Positions 53,976 to 63,615 of a DNA stretch of 64,000 bases are shown here, one piece after another. This stretch comes from an uncultured Christensenella sp. GTDB taxonomy: Bacteria; Bacillota; Clostridia; Christensenellales; UBA3700. The first letter of the stretch is position 1; the number at the start of each line of letters is the position of its first letter. The translations under genes and the position numbers were made by a program. The stretch spans positions 42,529 through 106,528 of the forward strand of contig CAJTVJ010000002.1 of assembly GCA_910579785.1 (NCBI GenBank), in the 5' to 3' direction. Under the pieces are notes generated by a model that saw only the letters and a list, made by a program, of their open reading frames with translations, was not told the DNA's origin and made no database searches.

Positions 53976-55919
53976 ATGGAAAGTACTGCCAAAAAATTGG
54001 AAATATCCATTGACCTTGGAAGCGACGCGGTCAAGGTCGCGTACGCATATAAAAGCGGCTCGAAGATAAAGTACGGCAAGCTTGCTCCGAGAGACATAAT
54101 GGGGAGCTTTGTCGTGCCTGCCATTGCATATTATGACGAGGACAATATGACTTGGATATTCGGCGAGAGGGTATACAAGAATATTGACAAGTCTTTTGCG
54201 ACGGTAATAAAGATTAAGGCGCTTTTGTCACTGCTTCTCAAAAAGAAGAACAAAGAGCTGAGCAAAAGCAACATGGATCATTATTACAATCGCTGCGACT
54301 TTCCCAAGTTTTACTTTCCGAATAAGAAGAAACTGTCGGAGAACTTTGCCGAAGCGGTGAGCGCCGACATGACGTTTAAGGCGGACAGAACTCCAAGACA
54401 GGTATGCGAGGACTTTTTTGCGTATCTCATCGACGAGACGGTGTTGCCGGCTGTCGAGAGATTGCAGGCGCAGACCGCGATGAATTTCGGCGAAGTGGAA
54501 TATTCGGTAGTATATCCCACCAAGGTCGGCAGGGAATATATAGAGGAACTTGGAAGGATAGTGTCGTCGGCATGCGGCAAACCTTTGAAGAATATGCTGT
54601 CTTCGACAAAGGCGTTGGGGCTTTATGCTTATCACAGAGAGATATTGAAAAAAGGCGAGAGTCTGCTCATATTCGATATGGGAGAGCAGGATATATCCGT
54701 CGCAAAATTTTCTTTGGGTAACAACGACAATTTGATAATCGACGGCGTGGACGGACACAACGAGCCTATGGAGCTTGGCGGCAACGACATTGATTACGCG
54801 GTGCGCGAGTTCATAGAAGACACCATCGGCGGCAGAGAGACCGTGGGCGCGCCTCACCCAGGAAGCGAGGGATATATTGCGGAAAAGGGGCTGCACTCCA
54901 AGCAGTTTTTGATGCTCAACGAGATAAAGAAGGCAAAGACAGCGCTATCTCTTGACGATAAGGTGTATGACGAGGCTTTCCCCGACGGCGTACCAATGTC
55001 GATACACAGAGACGTGATGGTGCAGACTGCTATCACAAGAGAGGACTTTTTGAGTTGTATAGGAGTCGAGTCTTGCGATCATATCGCAAAGGAGATAGTG
55101 GATTATATCAAGAGCGAACTTGACAGACGCATCAACAGGGACGTGGAAAAGATAGTCCTCTCTGGCGGAGTCATTGAGACGTACGGACTTATAGAATTTA
55201 TAGAGAGACAGCTGAGAAAGGCGCATTTAGACGTAGAAATTTTTACGTTTGACGATTACGCGACCAAAGACGACGGCTTTGTGATACTCTCGCACGAAGA
55301 TTCTATGTTTGCTCCTGCGGTGGGCGGAGCGATAGTCGCGTTGATGGGCTATGAATTAAAGACGGCAGTCGCGTTGGCATACGGCACCTGGCTTTTTGGC
55401 GTCGTTGGCGGCAGGAAAGAAAAGATATTGGAAATATTCCTCGAAAGAGGCAGGGTGCTGCCTAAGTCGGGCGGCGAGTACTTTACTACGACGTACGTCA
55501 AATATAATAATTGGTCGTCAAGCGTCAAGAACGAAGAGATATTTTCAACTACGCTGGGCGAGCGCGGCGACGTAATAGGCGAGCCTGGCAGCGAGAAGAG
55601 AAGACGGCAGGAGAAGAACATAGACCTCAAAGTCGTCGCAGGCGGAGCCAACAAGGGTGAGATACTTTTTTATCACATAGACGGCGCACAGTTGAGGCGA
55701 GTGGAGATACAGGGACTGCTGCATTTTAAAGAGGGCGTGAGGATAGACGGAGACGGCAGGGCTACTCCTTTTATAGCCAATGATTTGGATAAGAACGGAG
55801 TGTACGGCGAGTTGAGTTTTAGATACGTCGGCAGCCGTGTGGTAAAACGTGCGTATTACAAAGACATAATGCTTAAATTTGCAGGAGTAGACGACTTTGA
55901 CGTCGAGAACTCGGATTGA
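53976..55919 (+). CDS. Hsp70 family (actin-fold) ATPase-like protein lacking the helical lid
   Basis: 'ISIDLGSDAVKVAY' (phosphate-1), 'IFDMGEQDISVAKF' (phosphate-2 position) and 'KIVLSGGVIETYG' (adenosine motif), followed by a beta-rich region resembling SBD-beta. Confidence 0.7.
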   Translation: MESTAKKLEISIDLGSDAVKVAYAYKSGSKIKYGKLAPRDIMGSFVVPAIAYYDEDNMTWIFGERVYKNIDKSFATVIKIKALLSLLLKKKNKELSKSNMDHYYNRCDFPKFYFPNKKKLSENFAEAVSADMTFKADRTPRQVCEDFFAYLIDETVLPAVERLQAQTAMNFGEVEYSVVYPTKVGREYIEELGRIVSSACGKPLKNMLSSTKALGLYAYHREILKKGESLLIFDMGEQDISVAKFSLGNNDNLIIDGVDGHNEPMELGGNDIDYAVREFIEDTIGGRETVGAPHPGSEGYIAEKGLHSKQFLMLNEIKKAKTALSLDDKVYDEAFPDGVPMSIHRDVMVQTAITREDFLSCIGVESCDHIAKEIVDYIKSELDRRINRDVEKIVLSGGVIETYGLIEFIERQLRKAHLDVEIFTFDDYATKDDGFVILSHEDSMFAPAVGGAIVALMGYELKTAVALAYGTWLFGVVGGRKEKILEIFLERGRVLPKSGGEYFTTTYVKYNNWSSSVKNEEIFSTTLGERGDVIGEPGSEKRRRQEKNIDLKVVAGGANKGEILFYHIDGAQLRRVEIQGLLHFKEGVRIDGDGRATPFIANDLDKNGVYGELSFRYVGSRVVKRAYYKDIMLKFAGVDDFDVENSD

Positions 55920-55932
55920 TACGGAGGGCAAG

Positions 55933-58740
55933 ATGAATAAAAAATATACTTTAAAGTGCAGCGGAGGGGCGTTTGAAAAAGACGTACAGCGGTCAAAGAT
56001 AGCCGGTGAAGTACGTCCGTTTGACGCAAAGATGGCAGAGCTGACCAAGTGCGCGGAAGAGCTTGACAGGTACGACGACTTTGCAGAACTTAAAATCAAA
56101 CCCGACGTATACAAAAATCAAGGCGGCAAATACGGCATCGTGCCATTGGCGGACAAAGGCGGTCAGACGCTGTTGCGCGGGCAGCAATCGGCGGTGACGG
56201 TGTTTTTAAAAGAGCTGAGAGGCTTTGGACTTTTGGCTGACGTAGTGGGAAGCGGCAAGACTTTTGAGGCTTGTGCCGTACTCAGCGAACTTGCGGTGAG
56301 AGGAAAGATGCGGTCATTGCTGCTTGTCGTTCCGTCGCAGGTATACGACAGCTGGATCAACGTGTTGGAGAATCTTTTCGGATTAGGCGAGGGCGTACTG
56401 CTCAAAGTCAAAGATCCTGATTTCGGAGAGTGCGACAGCGTGTTGGACGGATACGTTCAAAGACCAAAAAGACCCGTGATAGTCAAGACAGAAGACTTTG
56501 TCAAATGGAAAGAAGGACAGATTTCCGACGTGCTTTTTGACGTGGTTGTCGTCGACGAAGCGCATCACCTGTGCACGGAAGAGGGAGAGTACGCCAAGGC
56601 AATGAAGCTGCTCTCAATGCTCATGGTGACAAAGAAAAAAGCCAATTCCACTTATTGTGTGCTGCTTTCGGCAACGCCGCACTCGGGCAACCTTGACAAG
56701 ATGTTCAGACTGTGGTATTTCATACGCTGTAAGGGCGGTAATCCAGACGACTTTGACGTCAAAGACGACAAGGACCGTACGGCGGATTATAAAAAAGAAA
56801 AAGAGTATTACAGACTCAACGTATGCCGCGGAGCCAACACAGTGTCGGAGTTTATCACAGCAGTAAAGCAATTTGAGATAGACAACAATTTCAAATCGGC
56901 ATTCCATGAGTATTTGAAGAAAAAGGGAGAGCTTAGCAAGTGGAACAGCTATTCTCTCGGAGAGAAGCAAGTTGCGCGCGAAGAATTTCTTGACGAGAAC
57001 GACGACGTGCGTCAAGAGGTGTTGAGAAGAGTCGCAGGAGCATACCACAACGGCGTGTTGAGAACGATAATGATACGCCAGCCCAATGAGCTTAGCAAGT
57101 CGAGATTTGTATACAACCGCTATTTCTTCCCTACGAATACGTCGTTGAAAGTCTTGGATACGGTTGACGTCAACGGCAAATCTATAAGAGTGCATTTGGA
57201 CAATATAAACACGTCGCAGGCAATAGAGAGCGGCGGAGAGTTCTATTCGCTCAAAGGTTATTCCGAAGAGCATTGCCGTCACGACAATTCGCAAGAGGCG
57301 TATGCCGAGGTGTTGGTGTCCAAGATATTGGGCAAACTCGGCTCCTTTGACGACACGGATATATTTGATAAACAAAACTCCCAAAAATATTATTGGGAAC
57401 AATTTGAGAGAAAGACAGTCGCCGAGAGCAACAACAAATTTATCTTTATGCCGGCAGTAGCCGACAGCTTTGAATATAAACTCAAAGAGGCTAAGGAGAT
57501 ACTTGCTCAGCATAAAGACGAGCGTGTGCTGATGTTCTTTGATTACGATCTGCCGAGGACCAGCAAGGGGTACAGACAGTGGAACAAGGTCATAGAGGCT
57601 TTTGAAAACGACGCTGACATCAAAGGCAGAGTTATTGTCGGCACGGCTGAGGAAAAGGATAAGAACGTCAAGAAGTTTTTGCAGAAATCCGACGCGATAC
57701 TCATCGTCACCGACCCGGCATTTACAGAGGGCGTCAACTTGCAAGACAGCAGGATAATCATCAACTTCCAAGTCACCCCCGACCCTCTTGCGATGGATCA
57801 GAGGATAGGTCGAGTATTCAGACTTGGACAGTCGAGCGACGTCAAGATATACTCGCTGGCGGATATGAATAAGCTTGAAGGCTTTGCGCTTGCATATTTC
57901 AACAGCATAGGTTTGATATCCAGCAACAGCGGTGACGCGACGATCATAGCAGGCAGTAACAATGAAAGAATGGTCGCATTGCGCTGTCCGGCGTGCGGCA
58001 AAGTCGCGCTGTATACCAAAGAGGACTACGAAATCGCCAAGAAAAAGGGCGAGCTGTATTGTTTCAGCGACAGAAAGATATGCTGTCTCGACAACGAAAA
58101 AGGCACGCTCATGGAAGAAATCAACGTCTATGAATTCAAATGTATGAGTTGTTCGACGACATTCTCGCGCAGCGTGGGCGAGGGCGGATATAAGTGTATA
58201 TCCAAAAACAACGACGACAGAGGCACTATGTGCAGCAGCGGACTGCCTGGCGACAGGGAGTACTATTGTTCAAAGATATGCGCGATGAGACATTGCAGCA
58301 GATTCAAGGGCGAGTTTAAGGGCAGGTGCAAAGTGCTCAAAGCATATGAGGAAAATCCCAATATCGCGTCTTCCGACTTGCAGATAATATGCGCCAAGTG
58401 CGAATATAGGGCGGAGTGTCCGTCAAGATGCAGATACGGCATAGGCAAGGCGAGTATCGAGGGATGTAGCTCTTGCAGATTTGCAGAATGTTCGCCAAAA
58501 CCTTATTCAATAGTCTTTGACGAAAAGTGGTCTGCAAAATGTCCGATATGCGAGCAGAGAGGCGACAAGGGACGTCTATATCCTGTGGTTGCAAGGACGT
58601 TTGCCGCATTTATAAGAGCCGCATGGGACTTCAAGCACGACGGCGGAGAGTCGTTCTGCAATAATCTTATGAAAGAAGCCAGCAAGGTTGCGGACATCAA
58701 GGCTATATTGTCTATGGACGATATGGCAGACAGGAGGTAA
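55933..58740 (+). CDS. SNF2/SF2 family helicase fused to a C-terminal Cys-rich (multi zinc-ribbon-like) region
   Basis: 'VGSGKTFEA' (motif I), 'VVVDEAHHL' (II), 'LLSATPHSG' (III), 'TEGVNLQ' (V) and 'DQRIGRVFRLGQ' (VI). Many Cys residues, several in CxxC pairs, are encoded between 57982 and 58560. Confidence 0.8.
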   Translation: MNKKYTLKCSGGAFEKDVQRSKIAGEVRPFDAKMAELTKCAEELDRYDDFAELKIKPDVYKNQGGKYGIVPLADKGGQTLLRGQQSAVTVFLKELRGFGLLADVVGSGKTFEACAVLSELAVRGKMRSLLLVVPSQVYDSWINVLENLFGLGEGVLLKVKDPDFGECDSVLDGYVQRPKRPVIVKTEDFVKWKEGQISDVLFDVVVVDEAHHLCTEEGEYAKAMKLLSMLMVTKKKANSTYCVLLSATPHSGNLDKMFRLWYFIRCKGGNPDDFDVKDDKDRTADYKKEKEYYRLNVCRGANTVSEFITAVKQFEIDNNFKSAFHEYLKKKGELSKWNSYSLGEKQVAREEFLDENDDVRQEVLRRVAGAYHNGVLRTIMIRQPNELSKSRFVYNRYFFPTNTSLKVLDTVDVNGKSIRVHLDNINTSQAIESGGEFYSLKGYSEEHCRHDNSQEAYAEVLVSKILGKLGSFDDTDIFDKQNSQKYYWEQFERKTVAESNNKFIFMPAVADSFEYKLKEAKEILAQHKDERVLMFFDYDLPRTSKGYRQWNKVIEAFENDADIKGRVIVGTAEEKDKNVKKFLQKSDAILIVTDPAFTEGVNLQDSRIIINFQVTPDPLAMDQRIGRVFRLGQSSDVKIYSLADMNKLEGFALAYFNSIGLISSNSGDATIIAGSNNERMVALRCPACGKVALYTKEDYEIAKKKGELYCFSDRKICCLDNEKGTLMEEINVYEFKCMSCSTTFSRSVGEGGYKCISKNNDDRGTMCSSGLPGDREYYCSKICAMRHCSRFKGEFKGRCKVLKAYEENPNIASSDLQIICAKCEYRAECPSRCRYGIGKASIEGCSSCRFAECSPKPYSIVFDEKWSAKCPICEQRGDKGRLYPVVARTFAAFIRAAWDFKHDGGESFCNNLMKEASKVADIKAILSMDDMADRR

Positions 58741-58741
58741 T

Positions 58742-60406
58742 ATGGCGAAGATACATATCGGAAGCGAATATTGCAAGACATTCGACAGTATTGCAAAGCT
58801 TTATAAAGAGGGCTGCGTCGAAGAGGGAGTCATCATCCGTATCGACGGAGACAAGATAGTCACGCCGTCGCATGAATTCGTGCTGTCTAGGAACAGGACT
58901 ATCAAAAACGACGCGGAGAAAGCCGCTGTGATCAACGACAGCGGAGCGTCTTGGTTTGGCGCGTTTAGGGGCGAGAAGTTTAAAAACAACACCGCAGAGT
59001 GGCTGATGTTTGTCGAGACGATAAAGGAGCATTTTCGCCGTAATTATTCGGTGTTGGAATATTATCCTAGGACGGAAGCCATATCTCAGGAATATATTGA
59101 CAGACAGATAAAGAAGATAAACAACGTACTTAATTGTTTTTATAAAGATTACGTATTTGAGGTGCGCAGAGGCAGCGAGAAGGAAGGCACTGACGACGTA
59201 TACGGCGCTTCTTTCAGAATGGAGATAACAGACGGTACGGGAGAAGCCGTGCCGGTACTCGGCAAGATTTATTTCCGCAAGGTCAAAGGCGGATTTGCGC
59301 CGTATCGCAGCGACGAAGCCGAGCTGATAGACAGTCAGATAACAAGTGATTTCGACGAGGGCGCAAAGAGAGAGGGAACAACGCAAAACAGCGCGGCTTT
59401 GACGGATATCGTCGTCAATGCACTCGACAATCTTGTCAACGGGTCAGACAGCGATATATCCGCCAATTTAGTATTTACCGACCCGACCGATAAGCTTGCC
59501 GTCGAGCGTATGGTAGACAAAGGTCCCAACGAAAAGGTTGACCTCACGTGCCAGAGTATGTCGCTTATCAACATATCGCATTTTAAGTGGCGCAATGACA
59601 ATTACGATATTTTGCTTGGAGGAAAAGTCGTGCTAAAAGCATTGATGGGCATAGGCGACAGACTGACTTTGAGTTGCAACTCCTGCGCGGCTAAGAGCGT
59701 GCTTGTCGATTCCAATAGAATAAAACTAAGATTAGACGGACAGATGAAGAGCGTCAATATCAACGCGGATATGAGCGATTTGAATTTGACGGAGAATGCC
59801 ATTGAAATTATCAATGAAAGCGGCTTGTTCTCCGACCATATCAAACTTATTTCCTGCAACGAAAACGCCCGTCTTGCAGGCGTATGCAGAAGATATGTGT
59901 GCGCGGAAGAGATGATAAAGATAGAGAGCGGACAGGGTAAAAACAAGAGGTATATCTATAAGTGCAAGCACTGTCCTCATCCCGAGGTCATATTCAAATG
60001 CGACGACGGTGTGATACGTTATACCAAGGACTTGGTATTTGTCAGAGACGCAATGACTTTGAGACCTGCCAACGAGAGCGTGACTTGCTCTTGCTGCGGA
60101 AGAGTTTATACCAAGATAAACTCAAAAAAGAGCTATCTATGCGATTTCTGCAAAGTCACAGACAGCGGACTTGACAGCCTCGACGAAGCTGAATATAAGC
60201 AGGGCAACAGGCTATACAGAAAGTACAGCGGAATGTTGCCGCTTGCAGGCAGGATATTGAGATCAAAAGATAAAAAGTATTGCAAAGAGGACGAAGACTG
60301 CATCATGTTTATAGTAGGAAGCGAAGTGTATATCTTCAACAAGGACGAGGCAAGCGATAGCGGCTTTCTCAAAAATCCTCAACGTAAGATAGGAGGTGCG
60401 CAATGA
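58742..60406 (+). CDS. hypothetical protein with C-terminal CxxC clusters
   Basis: ATG lies 1 nt after the helicase stop, behind AGGAGG. 554 aa with no recognisable family. CxxC pairs 'CNSC', 'CKHC', 'CSCC' and 'CDFC'. Confidence 0.65.
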   Translation: MAKIHIGSEYCKTFDSIAKLYKEGCVEEGVIIRIDGDKIVTPSHEFVLSRNRTIKNDAEKAAVINDSGASWFGAFRGEKFKNNTAEWLMFVETIKEHFRRNYSVLEYYPRTEAISQEYIDRQIKKINNVLNCFYKDYVFEVRRGSEKEGTDDVYGASFRMEITDGTGEAVPVLGKIYFRKVKGGFAPYRSDEAELIDSQITSDFDEGAKREGTTQNSAALTDIVVNALDNLVNGSDSDISANLVFTDPTDKLAVERMVDKGPNEKVDLTCQSMSLINISHFKWRNDNYDILLGGKVVLKALMGIGDRLTLSCNSCAAKSVLVDSNRIKLRLDGQMKSVNINADMSDLNLTENAIEIINESGLFSDHIKLISCNENARLAGVCRRYVCAEEMIKIESGQGKNKRYIYKCKHCPHPEVIFKCDDGVIRYTKDLVFVRDAMTLRPANESVTCSCCGRVYTKINSKKSYLCDFCKVTDSGLDSLDEAEYKQGNRLYRKYSGMLPLAGRILRSKDKKYCKEDEDCIMFIVGSEVYIFNKDEASDSGFLKNPQRKIGGAQ

Positions 60407-63400
60407 GACGTAACGGTATGTTTTCAACAACAGAGAATATAGATTATTCTCCGTCGACGGTCAAGACTTTCGGCGGCAAAAAGCTATTTTTGCTGATACT
60501 CTCGTCATTAGCGGCAGTCAGCGATTTTATCAGTATGATAATATTCGCAGTCGCAGGCTACGGCGGTATAATTGCGGTGCCGATACTTTTGCTTGTGCTT
60601 GACGCCTTATTTATCGTAGGGATATGTTTTTCCAATTTCCGATTTAAATATGCGCTTGGCATATGGATAAGTTATATACTTTTTGCCGTGATATTGCTCT
60701 CTTTCATATCTATGACGGGATCAGATAGATACGTCGTTATGACCACGGCTGCGATTGCTGTCAATACACTGGCGCATATCGTGCTTTTTGCGGCGATAAT
60801 ATTTGCAGGTATCTTTCCGTTGCTTAAAAGCAGCAAAAAGATAAAGGCGGTCATGATTGCAGTTACTGCGGCCGCTGCGATTGCAATGTTTGCCTTCACC
60901 GTATTTTTCTCTATCAACGGATATTTCGGTCAAGGTTTTGTTGCCGAATACAGAGTGGTCAAATATCAATATCAAGAAAAAGGCGATTGCTATATCGCAT
61001 ATTCCATAGAGCCGGGCAGAGGCAGAAAGGTCTTGATACCCGAAGAGTTCAACGGCAAGCCGGTTGTGGGAATAAACAGCAGTATATTTGCAGAAACAAG
61101 CATAGACGACATATGTTTGCAGAGCAAGCAAAAGCTGCCCATCATCTCGCAATGGGATTTATCGTCCAACTTTAACAGCAATTTGAGGATAGGAGTAGAC
61201 AAGGAGCTTATCGACGCTTACAGGCAAGATAATATTGAGAAAAGTCTGCAATTTGTCAATAATCTATACCCCTGCAATTTGGCTGACGACGAGACGTATA
61301 TCACCTTTGCATACGACAATTATGACTCTCTTGTGCAGTTGGTGCCGACTTGGATAGGCAAGAAAGGCGAGACTTTTGATATGTCGTATGCCGACGACGT
61401 CGAATTTTTTAAGCATATGGACCAAAGCGACGTCGCAGACCTCATATGGTGTTGGGAAAACAACAACGCCAAGGTTTTAAGAGGTTTTAAAGACTCAAAG
61501 GGTTATTTCCTGCAAGGACTCAAAGTCAACGACAGTATTCAAAAGGTTGCCGTTGAATTCGACAGTGTGTTCAAGGCGACGGTAGAGGAAGACAACGACG
61601 ACCTTTACGAGCCGTCGGACGATTTTAAGACAACGAAATTGGACGGCAAGAGTTATGACAACCGCTTTGTCACAGTCAATACGGTCGACGATATGACAGC
61701 CGAACTTCAAAGAGAGGGCTTTAATTTAACGTGGAATTACAGATCGCAACACGACTATATTGATTTGGAAAGCTTACGTCCCGTATTGGAGAATGAAGAG
61801 AGCAATTATTACAACAGAAATAGCAAAAAGAGCTTTAAAATTCAGCCGGTTTGGGAACTGCGCGGAGCGACTGATTTGCTCATCTCCGCCAATCAAGACA
61901 GTTACGTATACGGCGACGATGTCAAATTGAGCGCCAGCGCAAAGGCGCCCAATGCCGATTGCGTGCTTGAATACAGATGGGGCATAATGCTTTTCGATCA
62001 ATCGTATAAGGGCAAAGATTACGTTATGACCAACGTGCATCCCGACCAAAGCGGCACTTATTATTTAAATGTGATAGCAAGTTCCGACAAGACGTCATTG
62101 ACGTCTAGGGAGATGATCAGCAAAGATATTGTCATAAATAAAAAGTCTTTGAACATTACCTGGTATCAGCCCGAAGATATGGTATTTGACGGGCAGACAA
62201 AGACGTTGACGTTCAGCAGCGGCGCCGGCGAGTTGATAAACAACGACAATTTGGGCAGCGAGTATGCGACGGCGGATAATTTGACCAATACCAACGCAGG
62301 AAATTATGTTGCTTCCATCACTCTTAAAAACGGGCTTGAAGAGAAATATCAAATTGTTGTCGGCGGCAACTATTCATATGCGATATTGCCCCGTCCTGTC
62401 GAAGCAGTCTGGACTGTCGGCGATTACGTCTACAACGGATCGTATCAAGGACCTTCCATAGACGCGAAAGATATCAACGGAATGTCGTTGGGGCTGATAC
62501 TGGTCAATTTCAACAAGATCAATGCAGGCAGATATACGGCAATAGCAACATCCGCGGACACCAATTACAAAATAAGCAATTCGACTCACGTATATGAGAT
62601 ACAGAAAAAGAGCGCGAGCGTATCTTGGGGAGCATTAAATCTTGTCTATTCAGGAAGCGGTCAGCATCCAAGCGTAGCCAGCTTGGTCGGCATGGTGCAG
62701 GGCGACGACAAAGTGCTTTCCACGCTGATATACAGAGGTTACGAGACCAACGTCAATGCAGGAGAGGGATATAAAGTGACGGTCGAGCTGCCTGCCAACA
62801 GCAACTATAAATTTGACACGCTGCAATCGACGGTGTATAATATATTCAAGCGCGTTATCACGGCGCAGTGGAATTCTGCGCGCACCTTTGAATACAACGG
62901 CAGGGAGCAAAACGCGACGGTATCGTCGTTTAGCAATATCGTACAAAGCGACGCGCAAAGCGTGATATCTTCTCTTATATACGGCGGCAAAGAGATCAAC
63001 GTAGGCAGCAATTACACAACGACGGCGCAGCTTTCTCAACAGGCGAGTGCCAACTATGAAGCGCTGGGTATGTCGTGCAACTTCTCGATAGACAAGAGAG
63101 AGATCTTCGCGGTATGGGGAGGGACCAACTTTGTATATGACGGCTTGTCGCATATTCCAAGCGTGGTTTCGTTGCAGAACGTCGTTGAGCAAGACAGGGC
63201 TGAGGTTGTCGGCGGATTGAAATATACCGGCGCAAAGGTCAACGCAGGCGAGAATTATATTGCTACTGCGACATTGAGCGACAGCAGTCAGCGCAACTAT
63301 AAGCTGACGAATACGACTTGTAAATTTAATATAGAAAAGGCGCAGGCAAACGCGGTATGGAGCGAAGTCTCGATCAGGGACGGCAAGGTGATACCGCCTG

Positions 63401-63615
63401 CGCTAGTAATAAGCGGCACAGCGTATGACGGAGAGGTGAGCGTTGTGAGATATACGTATCGCAATTCTGACGGACAGATTGTCTCGTCTATTCCTGCCGC
63501 AAACGGCGTGTATACAGTATACGTCGAGATATCGAGCGACAATTTCAAATTGTCGGGCTTGCAAAAGACTTTCACTGTCAGCGGAATTTCCGGCGGTGCA
63601 AAGGAGGTGGCATAA
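60403..63615 (+). CDS. polytopic membrane protein with a large extracytoplasmic region containing six MBG-type repeats
   Basis: ATGA overlap with the preceding stop. About 6 N-terminal TM helices and one BspA-like LRR unit, then six repeats of about 80 aa each ('...W....(Y/F).Y(D/N/S)G...P......NAG.Y.......NYK'). Confidence 0.75.
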   Translation: MRRNGMFSTTENIDYSPSTVKTFGGKKLFLLILSSLAAVSDFISMIIFAVAGYGGIIAVPILLLVLDALFIVGICFSNFRFKYALGIWISYILFAVILLSFISMTGSDRYVVMTTAAIAVNTLAHIVLFAAIIFAGIFPLLKSSKKIKAVMIAVTAAAAIAMFAFTVFFSINGYFGQGFVAEYRVVKYQYQEKGDCYIAYSIEPGRGRKVLIPEEFNGKPVVGINSSIFAETSIDDICLQSKQKLPIISQWDLSSNFNSNLRIGVDKELIDAYRQDNIEKSLQFVNNLYPCNLADDETYITFAYDNYDSLVQLVPTWIGKKGETFDMSYADDVEFFKHMDQSDVADLIWCWENNNAKVLRGFKDSKGYFLQGLKVNDSIQKVAVEFDSVFKATVEEDNDDLYEPSDDFKTTKLDGKSYDNRFVTVNTVDDMTAELQREGFNLTWNYRSQHDYIDLESLRPVLENEESNYYNRNSKKSFKIQPVWELRGATDLLISANQDSYVYGDDVKLSASAKAPNADCVLEYRWGIMLFDQSYKGKDYVMTNVHPDQSGTYYLNVIASSDKTSLTSREMISKDIVINKKSLNITWYQPEDMVFDGQTKTLTFSSGAGELINNDNLGSEYATADNLTNTNAGNYVASITLKNGLEEKYQIVVGGNYSYAILPRPVEAVWTVGDYVYNGSYQGPSIDAKDINGMSLGLILVNFNKINAGRYTAIATSADTNYKISNSTHVYEIQKKSASVSWGALNLVYSGSGQHPSVASLVGMVQGDDKVLSTLIYRGYETNVNAGEGYKVTVELPANSNYKFDTLQSTVYNIFKRVITAQWNSARTFEYNGREQNATVSSFSNIVQSDAQSVISSLIYGGKEINVGSNYTTTAQLSQQASANYEALGMSCNFSIDKREIFAVWGGTNFVYDGLSHIPSVVSLQNVVEQDRAEVVGGLKYTGAKVNAGENYIATATLSDSSQRNYKLTNTTCKFNIEKAQANAVWSEVSIRDGKVIPPALVISGTAYDGEVSVVRYTYRNSDGQIVSSIPAANGVYTVYVEISSDNFKLSGLQKTFTVSGISGGAKEVA
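62140..63590 (+). repeat. six tandem coding repeats of about 245 bp (MBG-type domains)
   Basis: Repeat starts at about 62140, 62390, 62603, 62849, 63094 and 63339. The repeats are diverged at the DNA level and conserved at the protein-motif level. Confidence 0.7.

Noticed and set aside
56614-57771. Minus-strand ORF (385 aa) inside the SNF2 helicase gene
   Set aside because: It lies antisense to conserved helicase motifs and has no recognisable features of its own.
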